A stretch of 64,000 nucleotides of DNA from Planctomycetota bacterium (GCA_965223545.1 OZ245006.1:160001-224000), one strand, 5' to 3'; positions 25,480 to 35,285 are shown, counted from the stretch's first letter. Notes: generated by a model not told the origin, from the sequence alone. Numbers and translations: made by a program.

Positions 25480-26255
25480 CAAACCCAAGAGTTGGTCAAG
25501 AGCTCACCCATCCCACCGGCCCCCGGCACGATGTACTGGATGTCGGTCAACCCGCGCTCGCGATCCGCGTGCGTTCCCGGAATGGTGCGCAACACCTCCG
25601 GCGGCGACAACCCGCGATCCAAACGCCCGCTGTACACCTCGACCGTCGGCGCGTCCTTCGCCAACCGCCGGATCGCCTCCGGCGTGACCATCAAATGGGC
25701 CGCCACCATCGCCCGCGGCGCCGCGCCCTCGAGCGCATGATAGATCTCGTGCACCTGCGCCAGCGTGCCCCCGGTCGCGCCCATGGGGTCCGGCACCACG
25801 ACCACGGCGTCGTCGACCGGCCCGCCGATCTTGGTGCCGGCACATTCGACCCCGGTGACCTGGCCGTGCTCGTCGACGGCGCGTGACAGGTTGACGAAGT
25901 CCAGGCGCACGTGGCTCGGGGGGAGGACCGCGCAGGCCAGCTCGTAGAGCGTCTGCGCCGGCAGGATCCCGGCGCGGATCACCGCGCAGATCACCAACTT
26001 TGTGTTGCGGCACAGCAGCTCTCCCTGCCAGAACGCGCGCGGCTCGGTCGCCGCCATGCGCGTCTTGACCCGGTCCTCGACCACCGGGAACTCGCGGCTG
26101 AGCACCTCGGCGCCGATGCGCCGGTAGGCGGCCCGCACCAGCGCGGGGAGCTCCGCCGCGCCGGTGTCGGGCGAGCCGATGCGGGCGAGCAGAGAGGACA
26201 GGTAGGGGTCGCCCAGCAGGTGTACGCGTGGGCCGTAACGGTGCTCCAGCTCCAT
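25479..26255 (-). CDS. upp: Uracil phosphoribosyltransferase (divergent)
   Basis: VIRAG, PRPP loop VPDPMGATGGT and C-terminal YIVPGAGGMGE (canonical YIVPGLGDAGD). Confidence 0.75.
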   Translation of the reverse strand: MELEHRYGPRVHLLGDPYLSSLLARIGSPDTGAAELPALVRAAYRRIGAEVLSREFPVVEDRVKTRMAATEPRAFWQGELLCRNTKLVICAVIRAGILPAQTLYELACAVLPPSHVRLDFVNLSRAVDEHGQVTGVECAGTKIGGPVDDAVVVVPDPMGATGGTLAQVHEIYHALEGAAPRAMVAAHLMVTPEAIRRLAKDAPTVEVYSGRLDRGLSPPEVLRTIPGTHADRERGLTDIQYIVPGAGGMGELLTNSWV

Positions 26256-26329
26256 GCCGGGAGAGGGTAGCCGATGCGGGCGACAAAAGACCTGATCGCG
26301 GCCAGGGCTGGCGCTACCGTGCCGGGCCT

Positions 26330-28582
26330 ATGCGCATCGTGTCGATCGGCGGAGGGCCCGCCGGCCTGTTCTTCGCGATCTTGATGAAGAAGGCGCGGCC
26401 GGACTGCGCGATCACCGTCTACGAGCGCAACCGCGCCGACGACACGTTTGGCTGGGGCGTGGTGTTCTCGGACGAGACGCTGGGCAACATCGAGCGCGCC
26501 GACCCGGAGAGCTTCGCCGCGATCCGCCGCGAGTTTGCCTACTGGGACGACATCGACACGTTCTACGCCGGCACCTGCGTGACCTCGACCGGGCACGGCT
26601 TCTGCGGCCTGGCCCGCAAGCGGCTGCTGATGATCCTGCACGCGCGCTGCCGGGATCTCGGCGTCGAGCTGTGCTTCGAGACCGAGATCGACGACCCGAA
26701 GAGCCTCACGGACGCCGACCTCATCCTGGCCGCCGACGGCGTCAACAGCGCGGTGCGCGAGCGCTACGCGGCGCACTTCAAGCCGAGCCTCGATTGGCGC
26801 AAGTGCAAGTTCGCGTGGTTCGGCACCGACAAGCCGCTGCGCGCCTTCACCTTCGTCTTCGAACGCAACGAGCACGGCCTGTTCCAGGTGCACGCCTATC
26901 CGTTCGAGGAAGGCGTCGGCACGTGGATCGTCGAGTGCCGCGAAGAGACCTGGCGGCGCGCCGGGCTCGACAAGATGGACGAGGCCGCGTCGATCGACTA
27001 CTGCCAGGAGCTGTTTCGGCCGTATCTCGGCGAGTATCGCCTGCTCGCCAACCGCTCCTTGTGGCGCACCTTTCCCACGGTCCGCAACGAGCGCTGGCAT
27101 CACGAGAACGTCGTCTTGCTCGGCGACGCCGCGCACACCGCGCACTTCTCGATCGGCTCGGGCACCAAGCTGGCGATGGAGGACGCGATCGCCCTGGCCG
27201 ACGCGTTTGCCCTGCACCCGCGCGCGCCGGTGCCGGACGTGCTCGCCGCCTATCAGGAGGCGCGCTACGTCGAGGTGCTGAAGACGCAGAAGGCCGCGCA
27301 GACCAGCCTCGAGTGGTTCGAGAACTCCGAGCGCTACATGCAGCAGCACCCGCTGGCGCTGTCGTTCAATCTGATGACGCGCTCCAAGCGCATCACCTAC
27401 GACAACCTCGCGCTGCGCGACCCCGACCTGGTGGCGCGGGTGACCGAGCTGTTCGCGACCGAGGCCGGTGCATCCCCAGCCGACGACGGCCGGCCACCGG
27501 TGCCGATGTTCACGCCATACCGGCTGCGCGACCTCGAGCTGGCCAACCGCGTGGTGGTCTCGCCGATGTGCCAGTACTCGGCGCACGACGGCGTCCCCGA
27601 CGACTGGCATCTGGTCCACCTCGGCAGCCGCGCGGTCGGCGGCGCGGGGCTGGTGATGACCGAGATGACCAACGTGAGCGCGGACGGGCGCATTACCGAG
27701 GGCTGCACCGGCATCTACGACGAGGCGCAGGTCGAGGCCTGGCGACGCATCGTCGACTTCGTCCACCAGAACTCCGAGAGCGCGATTGGCCTGCAGCTCG
27801 CGCACGCCGGGCGCAAGGGCTCGTGCGCACACCCTTGGCAGGGCGACGACGTGCCGCTCACCTCCGGCGGTTGGCAGACCATCGGCCCCTCGGCCGTGCC
27901 GTTTCGGCCCGAGTGGCCGGCACCCGTGGCCATGGAGCGCAGCCACATGGACGCGGTGCGCGACGCCTTCGTGCGCTGCACGCACAACGCGGAGCGCGCC
28001 GGCTTCGACGTCCTCGAGCTGCACATGGCGCACGGCTACTTGCTCTCCAGCTTTCTGTCACCGTGCTCCAACCTGCGCGAGGACGACTACGGCGGCAGCC
28101 TGGGGAACCGCATGCGCTACCCGCTCGAGGTCTTCGACGCGGTGCGCGCGGCATGGCCGCACAAGCCCTTGGCCGTGCGCATCAGCGCCACCGACTGGCT
28201 GCCCGAGGGTGGCATGACGGTGGACCACGCGGTCGCCCTCTCGCGCGCGCTCGCCGAGCGCGGCTGCGATCTCATCGACGTGTCCAGCGCCGGCAACACG
28301 CCGGAATCGGAGCCGGTCTACGGACGGATGTATCAGGTGCCGTTCGCCGAGCGCATCCGCTATGAAGTCGATGTCCCGGTGATGGCGGTGGGGGCGATCC
28401 TCGGCGCCGATCACTGCAACACGATTCTCGCGGCCGGCCGCGCCGACCTGTGCGCGATGGCGCGCCCGCACTTGCGCGATGCGTACCTGACCCTGCACGC
28501 AGCCGAGCGCTACGGTCACGACCGGCAGGCATGGCCAGGTCAATACCTCCCCGGCAAGCCGCGGAGCGATCGCGATCGTTAG
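26330..28582 (+). CDS. Bifunctional anthraniloyl-/salicylyl-CoA monooxygenase-oxidoreductase (FAD monooxygenase fused to OYE-like domain)
   Basis: GGGPAGL, DDTFGWGVVFSD, GDAAHTAHFSIGSGTKLAMED, then NRVVVSPMCQYSA, QLAHAGRKGS and HMAHGYLLSSFLSP. Confidence 0.93.
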   Translation: MRIVSIGGGPAGLFFAILMKKARPDCAITVYERNRADDTFGWGVVFSDETLGNIERADPESFAAIRREFAYWDDIDTFYAGTCVTSTGHGFCGLARKRLLMILHARCRDLGVELCFETEIDDPKSLTDADLILAADGVNSAVRERYAAHFKPSLDWRKCKFAWFGTDKPLRAFTFVFERNEHGLFQVHAYPFEEGVGTWIVECREETWRRAGLDKMDEAASIDYCQELFRPYLGEYRLLANRSLWRTFPTVRNERWHHENVVLLGDAAHTAHFSIGSGTKLAMEDAIALADAFALHPRAPVPDVLAAYQEARYVEVLKTQKAAQTSLEWFENSERYMQQHPLALSFNLMTRSKRITYDNLALRDPDLVARVTELFATEAGASPADDGRPPVPMFTPYRLRDLELANRVVVSPMCQYSAHDGVPDDWHLVHLGSRAVGGAGLVMTEMTNVSADGRITEGCTGIYDEAQVEAWRRIVDFVHQNSESAIGLQLAHAGRKGSCAHPWQGDDVPLTSGGWQTIGPSAVPFRPEWPAPVAMERSHMDAVRDAFVRCTHNAERAGFDVLELHMAHGYLLSSFLSPCSNLREDDYGGSLGNRMRYPLEVFDAVRAAWPHKPLAVRISATDWLPEGGMTVDHAVALSRALAERGCDLIDVSSAGNTPESEPVYGRMYQVPFAERIRYEVDVPVMAVGAILGADHCNTILAAGRADLCAMARPHLRDAYLTLHAAERYGHDRQAWPGQYLPGKPRSDRDR

Positions 28583-28591
28583 AGTTTCGCT

Positions 28592-29395
28592 GTGAGATCG
28601 TCGCCTGCTCACCGCATTTTCGTCGATTGCACTCCAAGCGAACAAGTCGGTGACAAGCGCGAGGGCGAGTCCATCACGATGGCATCGTTCATTCCCGGAA
28701 CCTGGAGCCCCCCAGACGATCTCCGTGATTTCAAGGACACTATCGGTGGGCACGGACAGCCCTCCTCCTATGGGGCGAAGATCGACACGGCGTCTCGAAT
28801 TGCGAGCCTGCTCCAGGACAACGAACCTCCGGCCCTTGTCGGCTGGACCGCGCCGGCTCGGGATTGGAAGCAGGTTGGCCGCAACTTCCTCGATTCATGG
28901 GAAGCAGCCTCCCCCAAGAGACACGAATCGCGGTGGAGCATCGGCACGACGAAGCTGTCTGCGTCTGTAGCTCAGGCAATGTTCGGCTACTTGACCGGAG
29001 TTCTGCTGTCCATGGGCGCCGCCCGGAAGTGGTTCGTCCCGAAGGGAGTACCTGTCGAGGTGATCTTGGACCGGGGTCCAGGGGATGCGAAGGCAACTCA
29101 GCGATTCCTCGATGCCATGTTGAAGGCGCCGTCGTCCAGTGAGCTGTGGTCCGAACTACAAAGCCTTGGCGCCACCCAGCTCAGCTGGAGCGATGGCGTC
29201 CAATCCACCGGAAGTGCGATGGCAGACTGGCTTGCGCACAGCATGTCCGCAGGCCAGTGTCCCAAGGAGTGGGTCGGGCAGGCCCCATCACGAGACGAGC
29301 GACTTCGCGAGGCTGTTGCACGGCCCGCGGCGATTCTCGCCGAGCGCGGTCGTCGGGTTCTGTTCGACAACATCCTCGGCCATCTCCGGCCGTAG
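28592..29395 (+). CDS. Hypothetical protein, possibly DUF3800/RNase H-like, with atypical composition
   Basis: 267-aa ORF in an AT-richer patch with acidic motifs IFVD, VILDR and MADWLAH. Confidence 0.5.
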   Translation: MRSSPAHRIFVDCTPSEQVGDKREGESITMASFIPGTWSPPDDLRDFKDTIGGHGQPSSYGAKIDTASRIASLLQDNEPPALVGWTAPARDWKQVGRNFLDSWEAASPKRHESRWSIGTTKLSASVAQAMFGYLTGVLLSMGAARKWFVPKGVPVEVILDRGPGDAKATQRFLDAMLKAPSSSELWSELQSLGATQLSWSDGVQSTGSAMADWLAHSMSAGQCPKEWVGQAPSRDERLREAVARPAAILAERGRRVLFDNILGHLRP

Positions 29396-29421
29396 AGCGC
29401 CCAGAACTCAGCGCCAGCTCG

Positions 29422-30345
29422 CTACTGCAACCAGTCTTCCCAGGCGCCGAGCGGCTGCTTCTGCCCCTCGTCGTTGCTGCGCGCGCTCTCCAGCAGCAAC
29501 GTCGTCATGTCCAGGTTGACGTGGATCTCGGGGTTGCTGTCGATGTCCTCGTAGAACGCGAACTGCGCATCACGCTGGGCGAACAGGCGGCGGAAGAGCA
29601 GCTGCACCTGCTCCTCGAGGGCCGAGTGCAGATCCTCGACGGCCACGATCTGCTCCTCTTCGAGCATGGTGCCCAGATGCACGCCTTCGGCCCGGCTGCG
29701 CTCGAGCAGGTCGGTGAGCTGCTCGGCGCCGAGGACGCCGCGCTTCAAGAGCAGGCTTCCCAGGCGCTCGTCCAGGGGGGTCGAGTCGCTGATCGCGTGG
29801 ATCACGTGGCCGCGCTGCAGCTGCACGGTGAAGCGCTCGTCGGCGGTCGCGACGCAGAGCATGCCGCTCTTCGCCTCCGAGCTGAGGAACTGCAGCAGGG
29901 TGGAGATCGGCAGGTTGGGCGACACGCCGCGCAGGGTGCAGCCCTCGTCGTCGATGGCGCCGCGGGCGGCGCTGTCGTCGAGGTCGTGCATCAACGACCC
30001 GATCTGGGTGGCGGCGCCGTTCGAGGCGGAGGGCGGGGACGGGGTGCTGTCGGGCGCATCCGCGTCCGCCGCGGACACCGCTGCCGCGGCGGGCGCGGGC
30101 GTCGCCACGACCGCGCTGCCGTCTCGCTGGCGGCCGAGGTGCATCGACAGCTCGCGCACCAAGTCGTCCAGCTCGAGAACCCCCGGCGTCAACGCCGCGA
30201 CGGGGTCCATCGCCGCGTCCGCCGCCTTGGCATGGATCAGCAGCCGGGCGAGGTAGGGGCTCAGCTTGCGAAGAAGCCGCGCGCAGGCCTCGAGGCCTTC
30301 GCACGTTCGTCGGGTGCCGTTCTCAATCTCTTGCCGCTGCGTCAT
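29422..30345 (-). CDS. DUF4388 (PatA-N-like) domain protein
   Basis: LRG......ISTLLQFLSSEAKSGML, G.VIHA, RLGSLLLKRG, HLGTMLEE and LLLESARSNDE. Confidence 0.8.
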   Translation of the reverse strand: MTQRQEIENGTRRTCEGLEACARLLRKLSPYLARLLIHAKAADAAMDPVAALTPGVLELDDLVRELSMHLGRQRDGSAVVATPAPAAAAVSAADADAPDSTPSPPSASNGAATQIGSLMHDLDDSAARGAIDDEGCTLRGVSPNLPISTLLQFLSSEAKSGMLCVATADERFTVQLQRGHVIHAISDSTPLDERLGSLLLKRGVLGAEQLTDLLERSRAEGVHLGTMLEEEQIVAVEDLHSALEEQVQLLFRRLFAQRDAQFAFYEDIDSNPEIHVNLDMTTLLLESARSNDEGQKQPLGAWEDWLQ

Positions 30346-31318
30346 CCGCGGTCCCTGGGTCCAAGGGACTATCGACGCCGGCCCGCGCGCGACTGGAGGA
30401 GGATCTCGAGGGCACCTTCGTGCCGTGCGGGTGGGCGCGGTCGTAGACTTGGCGCAGGCGGCGGATGGAGACGTGGGTGTAGATTTCCGTCGTCGCCAGG
30501 CGGCGGTGCCCGAGCAGCTCCTGGACCGCGCGCAGGTCGGCACCGCGGTCGAGCAGGTGGGTGGCGAACGAGTGCCGCAGGCCGTGCGGCGTCAGCCGGC
30601 TCGGGATGCCGGCGCGGACGGCGTGGCGCACCACGCTCTCGAAGATCCAGCGGGACGACAGCCGGCCGCCGAAGCGGTTGAGGCACAGCGCGGGCTCGCG
30701 GCACCGCTGCGACGCCAACCGCGCGCTGCGGTGGGGCAGGTAGGCCTTGATCGCCGCCACCGCGGCGCCGCCGAGCATCGTCAGCCGCTCGACCCGGCCC
30801 TTGCCCAGCACGCGCGCGGTCCGCTCGTCGAGGTCGACGTCGCGCAGATCGAGGCGGTGCAGCTCGGCGACGCGGCAGCCCGTCGAGTACAGCAGCTCGA
30901 GAATCGCGCGGTCGCGGGTGCCGACGAAATCGCCGCCAAACGGCTGCTCGAGCAGAAGGTCCACCTCGCGCACCGACAGCACGCGCGGCAGCTGGCGGGC
31001 GACCCGAGGTCCGCGCACCAACCGGGCCGGGTCCTGCGTCATTCGGCGGTGCTCACGCAGGTAGCGAAACCAGGTGCGCAGCGCGGCGAGCTTGCGCTGC
31101 ACGGTGGCCGGCTTGAGACCGGCGCGGCCCAGACTGGCGACGAAACGCCGCACGTCGGCCCGGTCGGGCTGCGCGGTCTCCACCGGCAGCCAGGCGAGGA
31201 AGCCGCGCAGGTCGGTCCGGTATGCCCGCACCGTGGCCGGCGACGCGTCGCGCACTTCCCGCAGGTGGACCAAGAACTCCGACAAGGCGGGGGTCAGGGG
31301 ATGCGCTGGGGTGGCCAC
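30323..31318 (-). CDS. xerC: Tyrosine recombinase XerC/XerD
   Basis: RDRAILELLYSTGCRVAEL, GKGRVER, HGLRHSFATHLLDRGADLRAVQELLGH, TTEIYTHV, YDRAHP. Confidence 0.9.
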   Translation of the reverse strand: MATPAHPLTPALSEFLVHLREVRDASPATVRAYRTDLRGFLAWLPVETAQPDRADVRRFVASLGRAGLKPATVQRKLAALRTWFRYLREHRRMTQDPARLVRGPRVARQLPRVLSVREVDLLLEQPFGGDFVGTRDRAILELLYSTGCRVAELHRLDLRDVDLDERTARVLGKGRVERLTMLGGAAVAAIKAYLPHRSARLASQRCREPALCLNRFGGRLSSRWIFESVVRHAVRAGIPSRLTPHGLRHSFATHLLDRGADLRAVQELLGHRRLATTEIYTHVSIRRLRQVYDRAHPHGTKVPSRSSSSRARAGVDSPLDPGTADDAAARD

Positions 31319-31354
31319 GGGCGCCGTTGTTGGGGGGAAGTGTCGGCGGATCGA

Positions 31355-32581
31355 TCAGGCGATGTCGTGCACGAACAGGCCGCTGCGCAGCTTGGGCTCG
31401 AACCAGGTGCTCTTCGGCGGCATCACCGCGCCGGCGTCGGCGACGCGCAACAGCTGGTCGACCGTGGTCGCGTGCATCGACACGGCCAGAGCCCAGTCCC
31501 CGCCATCGACCCGCCGCCGCAGCTCCTCGACGCCCCGACTGCCGCCGACGAAGTCGAGCCGCGGATCGGTGCGCGGATCGCCGATGCCGAGCAGCGGCGC
31601 GAGCACCCGTTCCTGCAGCAGGTGAGCGTCGAGGCTGGCGATCGGATCCGCGGCCTCGCCCGCATCGAGCGAAAGCTCGAGCAGCTGCCACTCGCCGCCG
31701 CCCGCGTACAGCGCGAACGACGCCGGCCGCGGCGCATGCGGAGCGGCATCGGCGGTCACGCGGCCGACCGCGCCGAGCGCGTCGGCCAGCGACGCGGGGG
31801 TGTGCGACCCGAGATCGCGCACCAGCCGGTGGTAGGGAAGAATGCGAAGCTGCGAGGCGGGGAACAACACCGCCGGAAACCACTGCCACGGCGCGGCATC
31901 GTCTCCGGTACGAACCCCGCGGCGCTCGGTGCCCGCCCGCCACGCGCTCGCGCATCGGTGATGCCCGTCGGCGACATAGCAGCACTCGACAGCGGCAAAT
32001 GCTTCGACCACGGCCGGCGGCGCGGGCAGCGGCCAGACCTGGTGGCGGACGCCATCGTCAGCGGTGAAGTCGTACAGCGGGGTACTCGAGGTCGCAGCAG
32101 CCACCAGCGCGTCGATGGCGCCATCGTCGCGATAGGTCAGCAACACCGGCTCGGCGTCCGCGTCCAGCTCGAGGATGTGCCGGGTGCGGTCGTCCTCCTT
32201 CTGCGGCCGCGTCTTCTCGTGCTTCTTGATGACGTCGCCTTCGTAGTCGTCGATGTGCACGCCGCCCACGACCCCGGTCTGCGCGTGCTCGCCCTGCGTC
32301 AGCCGGTAGGCGTACAGCTGCGGCTCCTCGTCGCGGCGCAGCACGCCGTCCGTCCGCAGCGCATCGAGGTTCCGGCGCGCGCGCGCGTAGACCGCGGCGT
32401 CGTACGGATCGTGCTCCGGCGGCAGCTCCAGCTCGGCGCGCACGACGCGCAGGAAGCTCAGCGGGTTGCCGGCCGCCAGCTCCGCCGCCTCATCGCGGTC
32501 GACGACGTCGTAGGGGACGCTGGCGACGGCGGCCGCGTGGATCGGGTCCGGCCGCCAAAAGCGCAGGGGGGACAGTCGCAT
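31355..32581 (-). CDS. DUF1015 family protein (ParB/Srx-like)
   Basis: PYDV, IKKHEKTR..KEDDR, YVADGHHR, MPPKSTWFEPKLRSGL. Confidence 0.93.
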   Translation of the reverse strand: MRLSPLRFWRPDPIHAAAVASVPYDVVDRDEAAELAAGNPLSFLRVVRAELELPPEHDPYDAAVYARARRNLDALRTDGVLRRDEEPQLYAYRLTQGEHAQTGVVGGVHIDDYEGDVIKKHEKTRPQKEDDRTRHILELDADAEPVLLTYRDDGAIDALVAAATSSTPLYDFTADDGVRHQVWPLPAPPAVVEAFAAVECCYVADGHHRCASAWRAGTERRGVRTGDDAAPWQWFPAVLFPASQLRILPYHRLVRDLGSHTPASLADALGAVGRVTADAAPHAPRPASFALYAGGGEWQLLELSLDAGEAADPIASLDAHLLQERVLAPLLGIGDPRTDPRLDFVGGSRGVEELRRRVDGGDWALAVSMHATTVDQLLRVADAGAVMPPKSTWFEPKLRSGLFVHDIA

Positions 32582-32587
32582 GTTGGT

Positions 32588-33658
32588 TCAGTCGAGCGCT
32601 GTGAGCAGCGCGTGCAAGCTGGGAAGCGTGTGATCTCCCATGTGGCCGATGCGGAAGGTCTCGGTCTTGATCTTGCCGTAGCCCTTGCCGAGCGTGAAAC
32701 CGGCGTCCGTCGCGCGGGCGGCGAGCGCCGCGGGATCGCGGCCGCCGAGCCGCAGGGCGCTGACCGTCGGCGACCGGCAGTCGCGGTCAGGGAAGAACTC
32801 GATGCCGCGCGCGTCCGCCCAAGCCTCGACCGCGTCCCGCATCGACAGGTGCCGCTGCCAACGCGCCTCGAGCCCCTCCGCGGCGATCGCATCCAGCTGT
32901 TGGCGCAGCGCGAACACCAGCGGCACGCACGGCGTGGCGACCGTGCGGCCGGCGGCCAGGCCGGCCGCCGCGCGCTCGAAGTCGAGCAGAAAGCCCCGAC
33001 CGGGCATCTGTCGCGCGCGTTCCATCGCCCGCGCCGACACCGCGTACACACACAGCCCCGGTGGCAGCGCCAGGCACTTCTGCGTGCCGGCGAAGGCGAG
33101 GTCCAGGCCCCATTCGTCGAACTGCAAAGCGGCGCCGCCGAGGCTGCTGACCGCATCGACCAGGACCAGCGTCTCGGGCGCGCACTCGCGCACCGCGGCG
33201 GCGAGCTCGGCCAGCGGGTTGAGCACCCCCGTCGAGGTCTCGTTGTGGGTGATCGCGACCGCGTCGAACGGCCCGTCGCGCCGCAGCGCATCGCGCAACC
33301 CCTCGACGTCGTTGGCCTGACCCCACGGCACCGACACCTGCACCGCGTCGCGGCCGCACGCGAGGCTGACCTTGTACCAACGCTCACTGAACGCGCCACA
33401 CGTGAGGTGCAGCACGCGGCCCGCCACCAGATTGCGGATCCCGGCCTCCATCAGCGCGGTGGCCGGGCAGTTCTCGAACAAGGCGTAGTCCTTGGTGCCG
33501 AACAGCGGCTGCAGCCCGTCGCAAACGGCGCGGACCTCGTCGAGGAAGCGCGGGGCGCGGTGGCCGATGAGCGGCATGCTCATCGTCGCCCGCAGCGCCG
33601 CCCGCACCTCGACGGGGCCCGGGTTGAACAGCAGGGGGTGGTCGGACTCGGACATCAT
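32588..33658 (-). CDS. Class V PLP aminotransferase (serine-pyruvate / alanine-glyoxylate type; probable SerC substitute)
   Basis: LFNPGP, HNETSTG, VDAVSS, GTQKCLALPPG (PLP Lys), FRIGHMG. Confidence 0.9.
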   Translation of the reverse strand: MMSESDHPLLFNPGPVEVRAALRATMSMPLIGHRAPRFLDEVRAVCDGLQPLFGTKDYALFENCPATALMEAGIRNLVAGRVLHLTCGAFSERWYKVSLACGRDAVQVSVPWGQANDVEGLRDALRRDGPFDAVAITHNETSTGVLNPLAELAAAVRECAPETLVLVDAVSSLGGAALQFDEWGLDLAFAGTQKCLALPPGLCVYAVSARAMERARQMPGRGFLLDFERAAAGLAAGRTVATPCVPLVFALRQQLDAIAAEGLEARWQRHLSMRDAVEAWADARGIEFFPDRDCRSPTVSALRLGGRDPAALAARATDAGFTLGKGYGKIKTETFRIGHMGDHTLPSLHALLTALD

Positions 33659-33701
33659 CGCCTCATCAGTGTTCGCACAAGACGCCGTTGGCGGTACTTC
33701 G

Positions 33702-35285
33702 TCAGTCGACCCGGTGGCACCGCTCGACCGCCGACTCCGCGCTGACCTGCGCCAGCGCCGATTCTCCGATCGGCGAATCGAGGTTCCAAAGGCCCAGGGC
33801 GATTCCCGGTCGAGTCTCCGCCGTGCCGAGCTGCAGCCGGGCGACGTTGAGGTCGTGCCCGCCGAGGATGCTGCCGATCCGCCCGACCACGCCAGGCGTG
33901 TCGCGGTGGAAGGTGACCAGCAGCGGCCCCTCGGGGATCGCGTCCAGCATGAAGTCGTCCAGCTCGATCATCCGCCCGTGCCGGTGGCCCAGGACGGTGC
34001 CGGTGACGAAGTGGCGTTCGCCGCCGATGGTGGCCTCGACGCGCAGCAGGTTGACGAAGTCGCGCTTCAGCGAAGAGCGCTCGGTGTGCACCCGCACACC
34101 CATCGCCCCGGCGACGCGCTCGGCGTTGACCTGCGTCACCGGACCCTCGGCGCGGTGGGCGAGCGCGCCGGCGAGGGCGGCGATGGTCAGCGGCTCGCTG
34201 GCCGCGGTCGCCAGCTCGCCCTGCACGGTGACCCGCAGCGACTCGATCGGCCCGTCGAACAGCTGCATCAACAGCGAGCTCAGGTTCTGCGCCAAGGCCA
34301 AGAACGGCGAGACCCGCGCCGCCTCGCTCGGGGCGATGGTCGGCACGTTGATGCCGTTGAGCGCGACGCCGCCCTTGAGGCAGGTGACCACCTGACGGGC
34401 GACGTCGAGTGAGACGTTGCGGGCGGCTTCGACCGTGCTGGCGCCGAGGTGCGGGGTGAGCACCAGGTTGGCCGTGCGCAGCAGTCGATGGTCCGGCGCC
34501 AGCGGCTCGCGCTCGAACACGTCGAGCGCCGCACCGGCGAGATGCCCGCGGTCGAGGGCGTCGCACAGTGCCTCTTCGTCGACGATGCCGCCCCGCGCCG
34601 CGTGGATCAGCCGCGCCCCCGGCTTCATCGCCGCGATCCGCTCGGCGTCGAGCAGGTGCCGGGTCTGCTCCATCAGCGGCACGTGCACGCTGACGAAGTC
34701 GGCTTCGGCCAGCACTTCTTCCAGCGACCCCATCCGGATCCACGCCGGTGCCGCGCTCTGGTCGACGAAGGGGTCGTAGGCGACGACCTGCATGTGCAGG
34801 CCCTTGGCGCGCTCGGCGACGACGCGGCCGATGCGGCCGAGCCCCAGCACCGCCAGCACCTTGTGGTCGAGCTCGGTGCCGACGAAAGCCTTCTTGTTCC
34901 ATTTACCAGCCTTCATCGACGCGTCGGCGGCGGCGATGTTGCGGGCCAGGCTGACCAGCAGCGCGATCGCCAGCTCACCGGTCGTGGTCGCACTGGCCTC
35001 CGGGGTGTTCATCACCACGATGCCGCGCTCGGTCGCGGCCTCGACGTCGATGTTGTCGACGCCGATGCCGGCGCGCGCGATCAACGCCAGATTGTCGGCG
35101 AGCTCGAGGCTGCGCCGGGTCACCACCGTGGCCGAGCGCACGACCAGCGCGTGGTACGGCCGCAGCGCCTCGCGCAGCGCGTCCTCGTCCATGCCGGTGC
35201 GCAGCTCGACGTCGCCGCCGCGCGCCAGCAGCTCCATGCCCTCCGCCGACAGCTCGTCGGCGACCAAGATCCGGCGGGGCTTCAC
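33702..35285 (-). CDS. serA: D-3-phosphoglycerate dehydrogenase with ASB/ACT domains
   Basis: RAGIGVDNID, GLGRIG, ARGGIVDE, LDVFEREP, TPHLGAST and ACT 'HRDTPGVVGRIG'. The GTG start overlaps the upstream stop. Confidence 0.95.
   Translation of the reverse strand: MKPRRILVADELSAEGMELLARGGDVELRTGMDEDALREALRPYHALVVRSATVVTRRSLELADNLALIARAGIGVDNIDVEAATERGIVVMNTPEASATTTGELAIALLVSLARNIAAADASMKAGKWNKKAFVGTELDHKVLAVLGLGRIGRVVAERAKGLHMQVVAYDPFVDQSAAPAWIRMGSLEEVLAEADFVSVHVPLMEQTRHLLDAERIAAMKPGARLIHAARGGIVDEEALCDALDRGHLAGAALDVFEREPLAPDHRLLRTANLVLTPHLGASTVEAARNVSLDVARQVVTCLKGGVALNGINVPTIAPSEAARVSPFLALAQNLSSLLMQLFDGPIESLRVTVQGELATAASEPLTIAALAGALAHRAEGPVTQVNAERVAGAMGVRVHTERSSLKRDFVNLLRVEATIGGERHFVTGTVLGHRHGRMIELDDFMLDAIPEGPLLVTFHRDTPGVVGRIGSILGGHDLNVARLQLGTAETRPGIALGLWNLDSPIGESALAQVSAESAVERCHRVD

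Noticed and set aside
30323..31318. Tyrosine recombinase as a prophage or island integrase
   Set aside because: It has housekeeping XerC/D signatures and sits among core genes. No att repeats, tRNA or phage genes are nearby.
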